From positions 124,001-184,325 of the forward strand of contig JAMDHS010000043.1 of the NCBI GenBank assembly GCA_029717555.1: a DNA stretch of 60,325 bases, in the 5' to 3' direction. The translations under genes and the position numbers were made by a program. Origin of the DNA: Peribolospora baueri. Taxonomy: Eukaryota. The notes beneath the pieces are model-generated. The model did no database searches. It was not told the DNA's origin and saw nothing but the letters and a program-made list of their open reading frames with translations. How positions within the stretch are numbered: position 1 is the first letter of the stretch; every line of letters starts with the position of its first letter. Positions 40,177 to 53,383 of this stretch are shown here, piece by piece.

Positions 40177-42591
40177 ATGGCTCGCGTCAATTTGACCGTA
40201 TTCGGTGCGCATCCTTCCTTCCAGTGCCGATGCGGCAACTAACGAGATGGAAGCATGAACTCGTTTATTGGTCATGCACGGTTTACTGGCGCTGACGCCG
40301 TACGCTTCTCATCTCGTCTGCAGGCGCGACCGGATTCACGGTCAGTCGGTCTTCCTGAAGTGCTCCCTCGATCCTCTCTCACCTCGATTGTAATACGGAC
40401 CATTTTGGTTTATCTATTTCCAGGGCCGCTTTGTCGTCGAAGAGATCGCCCGTCAGCAGGCTACCTTTGGGCCCGATTTCACTTGGGTGAGCCTCCGATG
40501 CAGCCTCCCTCGCTCCCGACTCCACGTGTCCATGCTTCTGGAGTAACATAAGGTCTTGTCACTTCAGGCCATTGCAGGCCGGTCTCGTGCCTCGCTGGAG
40601 TCGATCCGAAACATTGTTTCCTCCACCGATGGGAACTCCGGACCAGATATCATTGTCGCAAACACGGAAGACCAGGAAAGCTTGGTTGAGATGGCCAAAA
40701 GGTCCAAGCGTGAGTGCTACAAACCTGACTGGGCGTCCCTTCGCCGCTGTAGCCCTTGAGCAAGCTGGTGGAGCGTTTTACATGTCAATGTATGATGTCC
40801 AAAAACGTGTCCTTCGACAGTCCTCCTAAACGCCGTTGGACCATATAACAAACTGGGCGAACCTGTGGTGAAGGCAGTGATAGCTGCATCAGAGCAGTTG
40901 GCTGCTACGAGTGAACAAGGCTGCGACTATCTCGATCTGTCCGGCGAACCACTATTCATCGAGTCCATGGCTCTGAAGGTTCGTCCTCCGAGCTTGCCCT
41001 TACCCTTCCCCGTCTTTCTTTCAATTTTCGCTCTGAGCATGTGATAGGATTGCTCTCCTTCTCCAGTACCACGCATCTGCCGCCAAAATCAATATCTCTA
41101 TCGTTCCAGCTGCCGCTTTTGATTCCATACCTGCCGATCTCGGCGTATTATACGCCAAGCGGTCTCTGCAGGCTCGCCTTGACGGCGACGGAGACAAGGG
41201 CGGGGCGGTGGTTCCCTCTAGCTGCGAGATGTTCTTGAAGCTTGAGGTGGGCGACAAGGCGAAATCGCTGGGAATGTGAGTGACGCAAGTAGCATTCGCC
41301 CTCTGCTCCACGACATCGTGAGCCCGTCTCACAAGGAGTGACCATCATCCACATCTGGGCCCCACAGGCACTACGCCACCTACGCCGCAGCCATCCAAGG
41401 CTTCGCCTCTCAGCATCTCCTCAAGAATGTCCGGAAGAAACTTGCCGCAGAGCGTGGTAAGCCGCCCATTCCTGAAGGTGTACAGAAAGGTCTGGGTTCC
41501 GGGATTCCGAAGAGGAAGAAGGGGTGGTTAGGTGTGATTTGGGAACCGGTGAGATTTCGCTTTTTTTCTTCCTTTCAATTTCGTTATGCAGGATATATTG
41601 CTTTTTATCTATCCTGGCCTGCAGCTGAATGGAGCCTTCCTTTGCCTTGGCTCGATTTAGTCCGTCAATGGGTATCTCATTCCCCATTTCTTTTCCGACA
41701 CGGCCGGTGAGCTCCGAATTTTTTTCCTTCCTCACCGCCGAACCGCGAACCGTCTTAAGAACATGCTCTCAACACCACGCTTTCGCGCGCCTCCTCTCCC
41801 CAGTGGTTCGTCTCAGCCAAGCCTACGATGCATACCTCGAAACGTCCGTCCCGCCCGTTCAGTTCGCAGCGTGGATTGTCGTCCCCTCCTTGCGCGTCGT
41901 GCTCCTGTTCCTCGTTTCCATGATCTTTTTCATATTCCTCGTCCGGCGACCGTGGGGGTGAGAACCTGCGGCAACGTCCACGACCCACATTTCCGCCTTC
42001 ACCTTCGGCTGATCGGCTTGTACCTGACGCTCTTCTTCCGCAGGCGTTATCTACTTCTTCGCTACCCCAGGTTCTTTACGTGTGGTATGGCCAGTCACGA
42101 GGTGGGCATCCTCACATTTCTCAGCCTCGCGCGAATCGGACGTCGTGACGTGCTGCCACGTTGGACCTCTTCGTGTAAATCTTTGACCTGCCTGTTCGCC
42201 TGACGTATCCTCGCCTCCTATTGTCCTCGCCTACCAGGGTCCCAGCGCTGCCCAGCTCTCTGACACCTCCTTCCGCATGATCTTCCGGACCACTGGGCAT
42301 TCGCGCGCTCTCCTCGACTCTGCCGCCACCAACACCAGCTCTTCATCCACCCGTCCCTCCGTCTCGCTCAAGGACGTCTCCGCGGACGTGACGCTCACGT
42401 CTGTCGTCCGAGGTCCGGAGGCTGGGTACGTCGCCACCCCAGCTCTCTTCGTCACTGCCGCCAAGACGTTGCTGAAGGAGAGGGAGAAGATGCGCAAGGG
42501 CGTCCTTCCACCGGCCGTGGCGTTCGGACAGACGGGCCTGATCGATGAGATCAATCGAGATGGGAGGATCAAGTTTGAGATGAAGGCTTAG
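40177..42591 (+). CDS. Saccharopine dehydrogenase-like oxidoreductase (SCCPDH family)
   Basis: LTVFGATGFTGRFVVEE, WAIAGRS, LNAVGPY..LGEPVVKA, DYLDLSGEP, AFDSIPADLG, VRGPEAGYVAT, GVLPPAVAFG. Confidence 0.9.
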
Positions 42592-42852
42592 TTTGGTTGA
42601 GACTCGGTGGCGGCCATCGGAAGCCTTTTCCACGCTGCCCCACCGACGAAGTATTCGTCTCTATAGCGTCCCCGCCGCCAGGACCTTTGTTTATCGGGAG
42701 GAGCACGGCACGCGAAACGAAGCTACATATACAATTTGATTCTTGTGACTCTTGCGAGAAAAAAGCAAATGATAGCATCGGTCCACACGAAACTAGATCA
42801 CAGATCGTCCATGCTTTTAGCCGGCCCAACGCCGGTCCCAAAATCTTTCGAA

Positions 42853-45800
42853 TCACGCCCCCATTCGCTCCTCCGCCGCCGCCGCCTCTGCCTGGATCTG
42901 CTGTCGTCTCAGCTCCGGGTCGATAGAGGAGGCACTAGCTTCTGCCGAGTCCGCAGCCCGCGTAGCCGCGTTCGATGACGACGACGACGACGACGACGAC
43001 GTTTCCTTGGCCGTGGCCGTGCCTTCGCCGACGACCTGCTCGAGCATGTCGCCGCCAAGCTGCCTGCCCTCCTCCTCTTTGGCGACATTCATGCCCTGGC
43101 CTTCCGAGCTCGCAGCGACGGCGGTGCCGGCGCCGGTCGCCTGCTGCTCTTGCTGAGGTTGCGACTGCGACTGCGACTGCGATTGTCCTTCTGGTTGCTT
43201 CTGCTTTGCCTGCACAGGCGGGTCGAGCTTGCGCGCCGAAGACTGAGCAACACGGACGTCGCCCTTGTCAAATACGTTACGACCAGGCTCGACGGGATCG
43301 ACGATGACGGAGGACGTGGTACTGCCGCCGTCGCCCAGGACACTGGCGCCCAAGAGCTTTTCTCCGTCTTTCGAGCCGGGTCCGACGGCGACGGGGGTCG
43401 AGGGCACAGCTTGGTTGGATTTGGAGGACAAGCTATGGTAGGCATCGTAGGACGTCGGGAATTCATTGCTATCCGCGAATCGTCAAGCCCCAGACGGCGG
43501 GTCAGCGAACGGCGGCGGGTGGGAAGAGCTCGCAAAGGTCTTTCAGCTCTACGCGTCCCGCCTAACTCACCAAGCGAAATCCCACGACTTCATCCACTTT
43601 GCGCTATGGCATCCCGACTGCGTCCACTGTCCGGCGTACGTCAACGGGGCGAATTTCCACCAGCACAGCGTGGCGATGATGACGACGACGGCGGCGATTT
43701 GGAGACGTATGCGCGGACGGAGAGCGGCGGTGGCGAAATCAAAGAGGGCACAGAGGAGGAGGATGGCGAAATAGAGAGCGGGTAAATAGTGATGGAGGAA
43801 GAGCTGGCGGTTCATGAAATAGAAGGGAAGGTAGTGAAGCGCCCAGCCAATAGCGAGGAAAGAGCAAAGAGAGTCGTAGAAAACGATGGTGGCTGCAAAA
43901 GTGTGAGGAGAAGGAACGAGGGTCAGAAAGATGGAGCGGCGGAAGCATTCTCGGCGTTCGATACTCACAGTCGTTGAAATCCGAGTATCCCCTCTTGGCC
44001 CTGAGTAACAAGAGGGCCTTGGCGGCCGCGTAGACCAAGATGGCCGCGGTCGAACCCCACCAAATGAACGGGTTGCCGATCAGGTAGACCTGGCGTTTGT
44101 CTTTGTTCCAAAAGTTGATGCCGCGACGGAGGACTGGCCACGTCGGAGGACGGGAGTCGTAGGCGTGTCGATCAATGAGGCCCGCGTTGGTCTGCCACAT
44201 GACGGCTTGTAATTCGAAGAATTTGGTGAAGAAGGACGGGGGCACGTAGTTGACTTTGGGAGCATCCTCGGGCACTGCGAACGGGAAACGACGCCGAAAA
44301 TTTGAATCCAGAAGAGTAAAGAGCGCGGTCGACGAGAAGGTACTCACGTCCGGCATGTTCATTCGTCTCGATGTACCATATCGTGCCAGGCCTCGTGGGG
44401 TTCTTATTGCAAGTGACCTCCTGCTGTCCGAAGCCCCAATCGGGCAAAGCGATCTTGTGGCTGAAGAGGTAGCAACCCGTGAGGGTATGCCTCAACCTGA
44501 TCTTGGTCCGAATCGCTTTCACCGCTGGAGGACCCTTCCCATCGTCATGGCCGCCATCCTCCACCTCGACGATAAAGTTATCGTTGGCATCACCGTCGAA
44601 ACCGTCGAAGCCGTAGCCGGTCACCTCGTTTTGAAAGTCGGTCTCCGTGATTGGTGGACGCACGCCGTCGTGGGAGTGGAGGTTCTTGGTCGTCATGACA
44701 TGCTTCAAGCGGATCTCTTGCTTATGACGCAGGAGGTGAATGGGCTCGTCGGGTCGGGTGTAAGGCAAGTCGGGGTGCTCAACGAGGAAATCGGTGGCGT
44801 TGAGGACTTGCCAGACGTTGTTCTCGTCGCTGTGCGGGTAGAGGGTGACCTGTTGCTCTGGAAGAATTCCATCAGAATGAGAAGGGTTAAGACGAATGGA
44901 CGTGAGCTGAGGTAGTCAAAGGAACGAAAGCGCCCTCGGGCAAGGCACCTCTCTCCACTCACGGTGGCTGCCGGCGGGGTACTGGTGGGTGTGGGAGTGG
45001 AGGTAGCCACCCTGCGTGTTGAGGTGGCGAAGGGTGATGTTGGAGCCCATGGCAACGTCTGCAAAATGGGAAGGAAGGAAGGATAGCAGTCAGACGACGG
45101 GCGTCCTCGCGCTCAGACAAGCGGCACGAGAAGGCGAGGCTCACCGGCAAAAGTATCGTCCATGCCATGCCCGCGGAGGGTGTGCTGGAAGGCAGAAGAC
45201 ATGAACCCATCTCCCTCACCGCTGTAGGCGAGCAAGGCGAAGTGAATTCCGAAAATGGACATGTAAACGGAAAGAGGGAGGATGATGAGGCAAAGGACGC
45301 GGGCGCTGAAATGTTTGAAGAGGATACGAGGCGGAAGACGGAGATCGCCGAGGTGGCGCCACAGCTGGGCGATGGTGGCGAAGCCAACGGTGGAGATGGT
45401 GAACAGGCCGACCCATTTGCAGGACACGACTGCGCCGAGGGAAGCGCCCGTCAGGCTGAGCCAGGCCCACCACGGCTTGCTGAAGGGCCCTCGAAGCGGC
45501 GCCCCGTCTCGTCCGGCGGCGACGCCCTTGGTGCCCTGACCGCCGGTCGCAAAGCTTCCCTTCCTCTCCTCGTTGGAGAAGCCGACCCAGGCAAAGACAG
45601 TGAGTGCGGTAAAGAAGAGGAGAGGCGAGTCGAGAAGGATGAACCGGGACTGGGTGACGAGGCCGTTCTCGAAGGTGATCAGGAGCCCACCGACCATGGC
45701 TGTCGTGGCGCGGCAAGAGAACATGCGGAGGGTGAGATAGGTGAGCGGGACGAGGGCGATGCCAAGAAGGGCGGGGAGGAGACGCATAGAGATGTAGGGC

Positions 45801-46518
45801 ACGCCGGCGGAGACATAGTCGCTGAGGAGCGAGGGAAAGGAGTGCGTAGCATGAGCGACGAGCGTGTGGGACTGACGGTGCGAAGAAGGAGGACGATGGA
45901 AAGGAGACTCACTTGCCGATGTCCTTGAAATCAAAGTTTCCATCGAATCCGCTGAGCCAGCCGGCGAGAGTGATAAGGAGCTTTGCGAGAGGGGGGTGAA
46001 CGTCCATGAAAAAGTGTCTCTTGATGTACTTGGAAGCGAAACCGCCGAAGTGAACTTCGTCGAAGCTGGTGGGCACCAAGGACGACCAGAGAGAGGATGA
46101 GCGTCGGCGAAGGGGAACGCTTCGACAGAACTCGTCGCACTCACACGACACTGTTTGGCCAATCGATCTTCCAAAGCCTAACGACAAAGGCGAGAGCGAC
46201 GACAGCGAAGATAAGCTTATCCTCGCCTCTGCCAAGGTTCAGCACGTTCATGACGCCCGGACCGGTTGCGGTTGCCGGCCCATTCTTGCTCGTCGCTCCG
46301 GCAGGCGCGAAAGGGGGGCCACCGACATATTCGGCGCGCCGTTCAGCGTCCTCGTCAGTGACCGTTGCTTGATACACGGAGGAGGGCCGAAGAGCGGATC
46401 TACCAGAAGGGTTGAAATAAGGATCGTCGCCGTTGGGTGACGCAGGAGGAGCGGGGATGCGAGCGCGCATCGTGTCGTCTCGGAGAGAGCGGGAGGACGA
46501 TTTGGGCGAAGCGGGCAT
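42853..46518 (-). CDS. PMT1: Dolichyl-phosphate-mannose:protein O-mannosyltransferase, PMT1 subfamily
   Basis: [57 protein letters not shown] repeats (GGYLHSH, NLHSH, CYLFSH), [22 protein letters not shown]. Confidence 0.95.
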
Positions 46519-47265
46519 TTTCGACGACGGTTAAGAATCAGAGATGTGTATAGGAAGGGAAGGAGGCAAGCGCTGCCAAAGCAGGCGCGCCGTCTCAGAG
46601 AGCCCACAAGAAAAGAGGAAAAAAAAACAGCGCCGCTGAGAGAGTGTTGGAGGGACACAGCGGACAACGAAGACGAACAAGGGAAGAAAAGCGAAAGAGG
46701 GAGAGTGATGCGAGACTGCGCCGCGGCCGGAGCTCCTTCCTTGCCCACCGACAGGGGGAGGAGGGAGGTGGGGGGTAGATGATCGGGGAGAAGAGACGAA
46801 GACTTGGTCGGAGAAGAAGGACGTGGCCCGGGTTGACGAGCGACGGGTGACGTCCGGATTCGGAGACGTTCGTGCCCCGTCCGCTAGGCGATTCCAGCCG
46901 CAGCCGCCAGCACAGCGCGTCCCGCAGTCGTCTACCTCTGTCGACCGCCCACGTGCAGCGGCTTGACGGAGGTCCAATTCCTCGCCAGCTTTTCTCTCTG
47001 GTCGCCTCGATATCAAATAGGCGCCGGAGCGTGGTTCGGGCACAAAAGAGCATTACTACAGCGTAAGGGGGTAGCTAAATTACTCAGCCACACACATCAG
47101 GTCTGATGACCCTCATAAAAGTCCAAGGTCTTCGTCGCGCTCGGCAGGAACGCGGGCCTCGGCGAGCCTGGCGACGAGACCGGTGAAGCGGGCGTTCGAC
47201 ACCTCGGCAGCCTTGTAGAGGGAACCGCTAGGAACGGGCGCCCACCAACCCGGACCAGCGGGCAT

Positions 47266-49197
47266 TTAATCGACAAAGGAGCTCCATTCGGCCCTCGGCC
47301 CCCTCCTCTCCATCTCGTCCCTGACCATCTCGATGTAACCCTTCCAACCCCTCATCCCGTCCGTCGCGCCCCATCTCCTCTCGACGCTCTTGCACACGTC
47401 CACCTCAAAGCCGGTACAGTCGACCGCGGCGTCGCTCCAATCGGGTGACGGCGGGATGCCAAACGCTGCCGGATCGGTTTCCCGGCACTTTGTGAGTCCG
47501 CCTTGATCAGAAGACGCGTCGTCGTCGGCGAGGGTCAGTGGAGAAAGGTCGACGTCGAACGGCCTCCTTTCCAGGATCTCTTTCATCCCCAAAGCGCGGC
47601 GTGCGCGGGCGGTGTCGAACGCAACGAGCTTGGAGATGAACGGCTGGTAGACCTTGAGGAGGTTCTTCCACGGAACGTAGGGCTCTGATAGCTTGACGTC
47701 CACTTGGTTGAGGAGGGTCATGGGGATATTGGAGCCGGGCTGCAAGCCGGCGGCGATGTGATACGTGGGGACATTGGAGCCGTGGAGATTGAGCGGGTTG
47801 AGAGGATTGCGAGGGTGAGTGACGTGGGTGGAGGGGAGTTTGTGAGAAGAATGGGCAGAAGCGGTGAGGGCGACGATTTGATTGACGGCCACATCGATGG
47901 GGATCACTGGCGAGGATAGAAGAGGAGGTAGGTGAGAAGGTGCGACGTAGGACAGCGATCGGCGCGCTGTTGCTGCTCACCGTCCAAGCCGGCGCCATGG
48001 GCGATTAAGCTCCAGTCCTCGACCGGTTCGGCGGCGATGGCGGCACAAAGCGGGCTGCTGGGATGTCCGGCTCCCCAACCCTTCCTGGGAAATTCGACGG
48101 CGGGTCCAATGGTGGAAAGACGGAGGATTCTGAAGGCCTTGCCGTGCGGGCGGCGGCCGGCCTGGGGACGGGCGAGGGCGTCGACGCAGGCTTCAGCGAG
48201 CGTCTTGGCGTGAAAGTAGGTATTGACGTGGGAATCGTGGGTGTCGACGCTGGAGGACGAGGGGAGGTCGGGTTAAGGGGTGATGAGCGGCTGGTGGGTC
48301 GATTGGATTGGATCTCACGCGCACGGGTGCCGTACTGACGTCTCACGCGCACGAGTGCCGTGCCGTCAGCACAGCCACGGCCAGACTCACCGTTCGTCGA
48401 GGCCGGGCTGGACGAGTTGCTCTTGGACGATGGCGGCGGAGGGGACGAACCAAGCGACGAAGGTTGTGGAGAGGTGGATATGGGTCTTGACTCTATAAGA
48501 GAGGAGGGAGAATTGAGAGCTGACGTACGCCAGATCGGTCTGTAAGGCAAGGAAGGAGGTTAGCGGGGTGGGCGGGTGCACGGGTGGATCGGAGGGAAGA
48601 CTGACTCACTATGCTTGCGACGGCCTTGCTGAGGGGCAGGGTGAATCTGGTGTCACCTGCGGTATGGATGACGATGTCGGCCTGGTCGACGATGTCGCGT
48701 TGGGGGCCTTGCAAGGCGAAGCCAGTGGTGCCACAGTCGCCGTTGACGACGACGAGTTTGGGATGTCGGTCATTTCCTTGATCGTCTTTGGACGTCTTGG
48801 TACATGCGCGTAGGACGTCAGGCAATCGGGCGACGGCGTCGTCGACGGTCTCGCCTCGGATGAGAGCGATGACCTTTTTGATGCCCTTGAGTTCGGGATC
48901 GCAAAGGAGGCGGAAGAGGAGGGCGGTGCCTACGAAGCCGGCGCCACCGGTGACGAGGATGGTGGTGCCGTCGAGCACTTGGGGTATCGTCCAGAGCGGC
49001 GTGGGCTCGGGGGCGGGTGCGGAGGAAGGGGAGTAGGAGGAGGCGGAGGAGGAGACGGAGGCGGAGGAGGATGACAAGCCGTTGCACTCGGATCGGAGGG
49101 TGCTGGAGGCGAGGGAGACGGAGGAAGAGGAGGAGGAGTTGTAAGAAGGCGACTGATTCGCCTGGGCTTGGAGGGTGGTCGAGGTATCGTCGGTCAT
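47266..49197 (-). CDS. Fatty acyl-CoA reductase-like / NAD_binding_4 (male-sterility) extended SDR
   Basis: ILVTGGAGFVGTALL, VVVNGDC, DIVIHTAGDTRF, HLST, catalytic HVNTYFHAKTLAE, DVIPIDVAVN. Alternative in-frame ATG at 49272. Confidence 0.82.
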
Positions 49198-50161
49198 GGT
49201 GGCAAGGGTGGAAGAAGGAGGAATGGTTGTGTGCGGGGGGGGATTGGAATCGAGGGAAGAAGAGCGTTGCATGTTCTTGCTCGGCGCGATTGAAAAGGGT
49301 CAACGGGCAAGGGGGAAGGGGGAGTCGGTGGGGTGCAAAGGTTCTGAGTGCCGGCCGGGCCGGTCGGATCGGGCCGTCGAGTCGAGCGGAGGCTAGGCTG
49401 TTAGTAGTTGGGCGTGGCTCTGCTTGTCTTGTCTCGTCCCGCCCAGCGAAGGCGTGTGGGTGGGTGCGCTCTTTTTCTAACGCTCGTGAGCGGGGTGGTG
49501 TCATAAAAAAGAGCCATCGAGGCGGCGAGGCGGGATGATTCCGTTGGAGGGGGGGTGAGGGGGCCGAGAGCGTGAAGGTGTGTTGTGTTCTGTTCTGTTA
49601 GGACGACGGGCAGGTTGCATTTCTAAATGAGAGCGACGAGCGATCGGAGGGGAAGGGAAGGAGCGAGGCTGTGAGACGGGCGTGCGTGACGCATGGCCGC
49701 CGTCGTCGGTCTCGCATGTCGTCGTCGCTGGGTCGCGCGTATGGCTGTGCCGGCCAGCGGGCGAGGCGACGTCGTGTGCGTCGCCGTCGCCGTCCGCCCT
49801 TCCGTCTGGGCCGTGCTCACAAATAGCCCGACGGGTCCCAAATAGAACCACACTCGAGCTAACTCAGGACGGACGGCGTCGGAATAGAGCCCTTAGGGCG
49901 GATCGGAATAGAACCAGAGGGCGGGGCCGAACAGAGGGAAAAAGACCCTCGGCGCAAATCACATGCGACGTGCGACAGGTGCAGGCGCCGCCCTGGTTGG
50001 CTCCGCTCGACTCGCTCGACTCGGATTCTGCAGGGATCGACGCCCGGAAGGAAATTCGGGCAGGTGGTGCCCATATCCGTCTAGTTCCGGGCCGGCGCTC
50101 ATGTCAGTCAAGGGCGGTGCGAAGCGCGTGAGCGCCGACGAGCCGCGAGCGCCGCTTACAG

Positions 50162-50172
50162 CACGTGACTCA
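50162..50172. promoter_or_regulatory. Overlapping CACGTG and TGACTCA (bZIP Gcn4/AP-1) sites
   Basis: CACGTGACTCA in the divergent FAR/MFS intergenic region, followed by a degenerate (ATGGT)n tract. Confidence 0.35.
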
Positions 50173-50676
50173 CGTTATGGTATGGTATGGTATGGAATGA
50201 ATAGTATGGATGGTATGGAATAGTATGGTACACTAAATGCGGACGGCCGAGTCCTTGCTGTGTCGTCCGAGTCGGCCGGAGGCGCGTGACGTGGCTCAGC
50301 GACGGGTGGCGCCGTCCGCCCGCCCCCTTTCGCCCCGACTCGGGTCGACCGACCCGGGCGAGCGAGCGAGGTGACATCGCCGTCGCCAGGCGGGCTCCGA
50401 AGCAAGGCGCGTAGCAACCGGGGTGGCGCGTTAACAAATTCATGAGGGACAAATGCTCCGCTCCGCGTTTATCGTCATCGCCATCGCCATCGCCGGTTTG
50501 TACGCCCACGGCTCGCCGGGAAGACTGACTTGACTACACGAGACGGCCAGGCCCAGGGCGACAACTTCTTCTTCTTACCAGCCCCCGCGATCGCCGTTCC
50601 TGCCCATATTGTCCACACCCCATCCCAATTCCATCTCCATTTCCATTCCATCTCCCATCTCCCTGCGCATATCCCT

Positions 50677-50712
50677 CTTCGTCTTCGTCTTCGTCTTCGT
50701 CTTCGTCTTCGT
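50677..50712. repeat. (CTTCGT)6 microsatellite
   Basis: Direct hexamer repeat just upstream of the MFS start. Confidence 0.9.
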
Positions 50713-50747
50713 GCTCCGTTCCATGCCACGCTCGCCATCCCCATTCC

Positions 50748-53087
50748 ATGTCCCAACACCACCCACCCCACTCTCGTCCTCTCTCCGCGCCGTCTTTCCA
50801 CTCAGTCGACTCCCATGGCTCCGCCTCCCAGCTGACGCTCCTCCGGAGCACCAGTCACATCGCCCTCGTCCCCTCCTCCATCGAGCCCTCACACGACCCT
50901 CGACTTCAGCTGCCCCCTTACACCGCCCCTCTGCCATCCACCGCAACCCAAGCCGGTCCATGGACCACCATCGGCCTCGGGCCAGGCCGAAGACTCTCTG
51001 TGCGCTCTCATCGTCTCCTTCCCGACGACGACGGCCGCCATCCACAACACCCACCACCCCGGCCGCCGCAGAGGCCATCCAAGAACCTCGCCTTCTGGCT
51101 CGTCTTCGCCAGCCTCTGTGTCAGCAGCTTTTTGAGCGCGCTCGATCTGGTCAGTCCGCCTCGCCCAAAACCCTTCTCTCAAGACCTGTTTGCTCATACT
51201 CGCTCGTCCCTCGTCCTCTACTACACCCTCTGCACAGACCACCGTCTCCACCGCCCTGCCCACCATCATCTCAGACCTTCACTTTCTCCGACACCCACAC
51301 GACCCGTCCGCATCTTCAACCGACACCGCCACCTCCGCCGCCGGAGACTACATCTGGGTCGGCTCCGCCTTTGCCCTCTCCGGAACGGCCATCTTGCCGT
51401 GGACCGGCGCCTTGGCCCAGATATGGGGCAGGAAGGCCGTCTTGCTTGCAAGCTTGCTCCTTTTCGTCGGCGGCAGCACCTTGTGTGGAGCCGCGAAAAA
51501 AATGGGGACGCTCATTGCCGGCAGAGGTGGGCACCCGACCGAATTCCTCCCTCCTTTCGCCGCCGTTCCGCTCTTGTCCGCCGTTTGACACCTCTCTCTT
51601 CCCCGCCCTCTTCGCCTCCAGCCATTCAAGGTCTCGGCGACGGCGGGATCATCTCCCTCTCCGAGATCATTGTCGCCGACCTTGTTCCCCTCTCCGAGCG
51701 CGGCACCTACGAGGGCGTCCTCGGCGTCATCTGGGCCATCGCCAGCGCCATCGGGCCGCCCCTCGGCGGGCTCCTGAGCCAGAGAAACCACTGGCGCTGG
51801 TTGTTCTGTAAGTCCTCCTCCCGTTCAAGTAGTAGCCAAGGCGGCGGCGCCAATCGCTCCCTCGTCCTTGCGTTTTCCCCGTCGCAGACCTCAACATTCC
51901 CGTCTCCATCCTCGCCATACTCCTCGTCTCCGTCTTCATGACCATGAAGACGCCCCAGACCGATCTTCGAACCAAAATGTCCCAGATGGATTGGTCGGGC
52001 AACGCCATGGTCATCTGCGCCATGGTCGGCCTCACCCTCGCGCTCACCTCGGGCGGCGTCCGTTACTCGTGGTCCTCGCCCGCCATCCTCGTCCCACTCA
52101 TCCTCGGATCCTTTCTTCTCGTCGGCTTTTTCGTCTATGAGATGCGCTTCGCCGCGTACCCGACCTTGCCCAAAGCGCTCCTCTCCAACCGCACCTCCTT
52201 TTTCGGCTATCTCACCGCCCTCCTCCACGGCGCCATCGCCATGGCCGTCATCTACGTCCTGCCCACTTACTTCCAGGCCTGTCTCGGGGCCAGCCCGATC
52301 CGGTCAGGCGTCATGATATTGCCGCTCGCGCTCACCGTCGCCCCATCCGCTATCGTGGCCGCAGCGAGCATCGAGATCAGCCAAAGGTATTTGCCCCAAA
52401 ATTATATCGGATGGGTTCTGAGCGTGGTGGGCCTAGGGTTGATGACCTTGCTCCAGGTGAGTTGGACGGCATGGGGGCGTGGCTGGCGTCCGTAGCGTCG
52501 CCGACTGATTCATCCCGCAGACGACCTCTCGACAGCTCGTCTGGGTCGCTGTCCAAATCCCTCTCGGAGCAGGCATGGGCATGCTCTTCACGACCCCACA
52601 ATTCCCCGTCCTCGCGCCCCTCGATCCCTCCCTCGCCGCTCAGGCTCTGGCACTGTATACGTTTGTCAGCAGTTTCGGACAGGTGAGCGGTCGGCGGCGT
52701 GCGTTGCGTCGAGTTACGCGGTGGAGCGGCTAGCGGCCCCCGTTAACTGTGGCTCGCCTTTCCCTCCTCGCGCAGACGTTCGGTATCGTCATCGGCGAGG
52801 CCATCTTGCAGAACCGCTTGGACAAGAGCCTCCCGGCCGCCTTTGCTCCTTATATCCCCGGGGGCTCCTCTCTCTCCTTTGCCGGCATCAAGCTCATCCG
52901 CCAACTTCCCGAGCCGCTTAAGAGCGAGGTACAAGAAGCCTTCGCCCAGTCGCTGAGAACGGTATGGTGGGCGATGCTTCCGCTGGCCGTCGTCGGGCTC
53001 TTGTCGTGCCTCCCGATGAGGGCCTTGGAGCTGCACGACGAGACGGATGAAGAGTATGCGATGGTCGTCAAGGAGCCCGGCAAGTAG
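50748..53087 (+). CDS. MFS drug:H+ antiporter, DHA2 (14-TMS) family
   Basis: FWLVFASLCVSSFLSALDLTTVSTALPTI, WVGSAF, QIWGRK, LIAGRAIQGLG, IIVADLVPLSERG, AIGPPLGGLL, WRWLFYLNIP, LPTYFQACLGASPIRSG. Confidence 0.92.
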
Positions 53088-53383
53088 AGCCGACGGAAGG
53101 GCTGACGAACGCCGAGAGGGCACGCACTGCAGACATGCCCGGCGGTCCTATGCACGTCGTGTCGCCAATTCGATCGAGATTGCCACCAAAGCCCCGCTGC
53201 CGCGCCCATCAGAGCGATTGTTTACTTCTGCATTCATCTAGGACACTTACTTTTTTTTTGCTAGTGGGACGAGGTGCACGATTTACGGCGAACGACCTGG
53301 TCGGGGCGTCCGGGCGCCAGGCGAGCATCATCTAGCGCCACCTTTTTTATTATTTCTTTTCTTGTCTGCACAACCTCCGCTTA

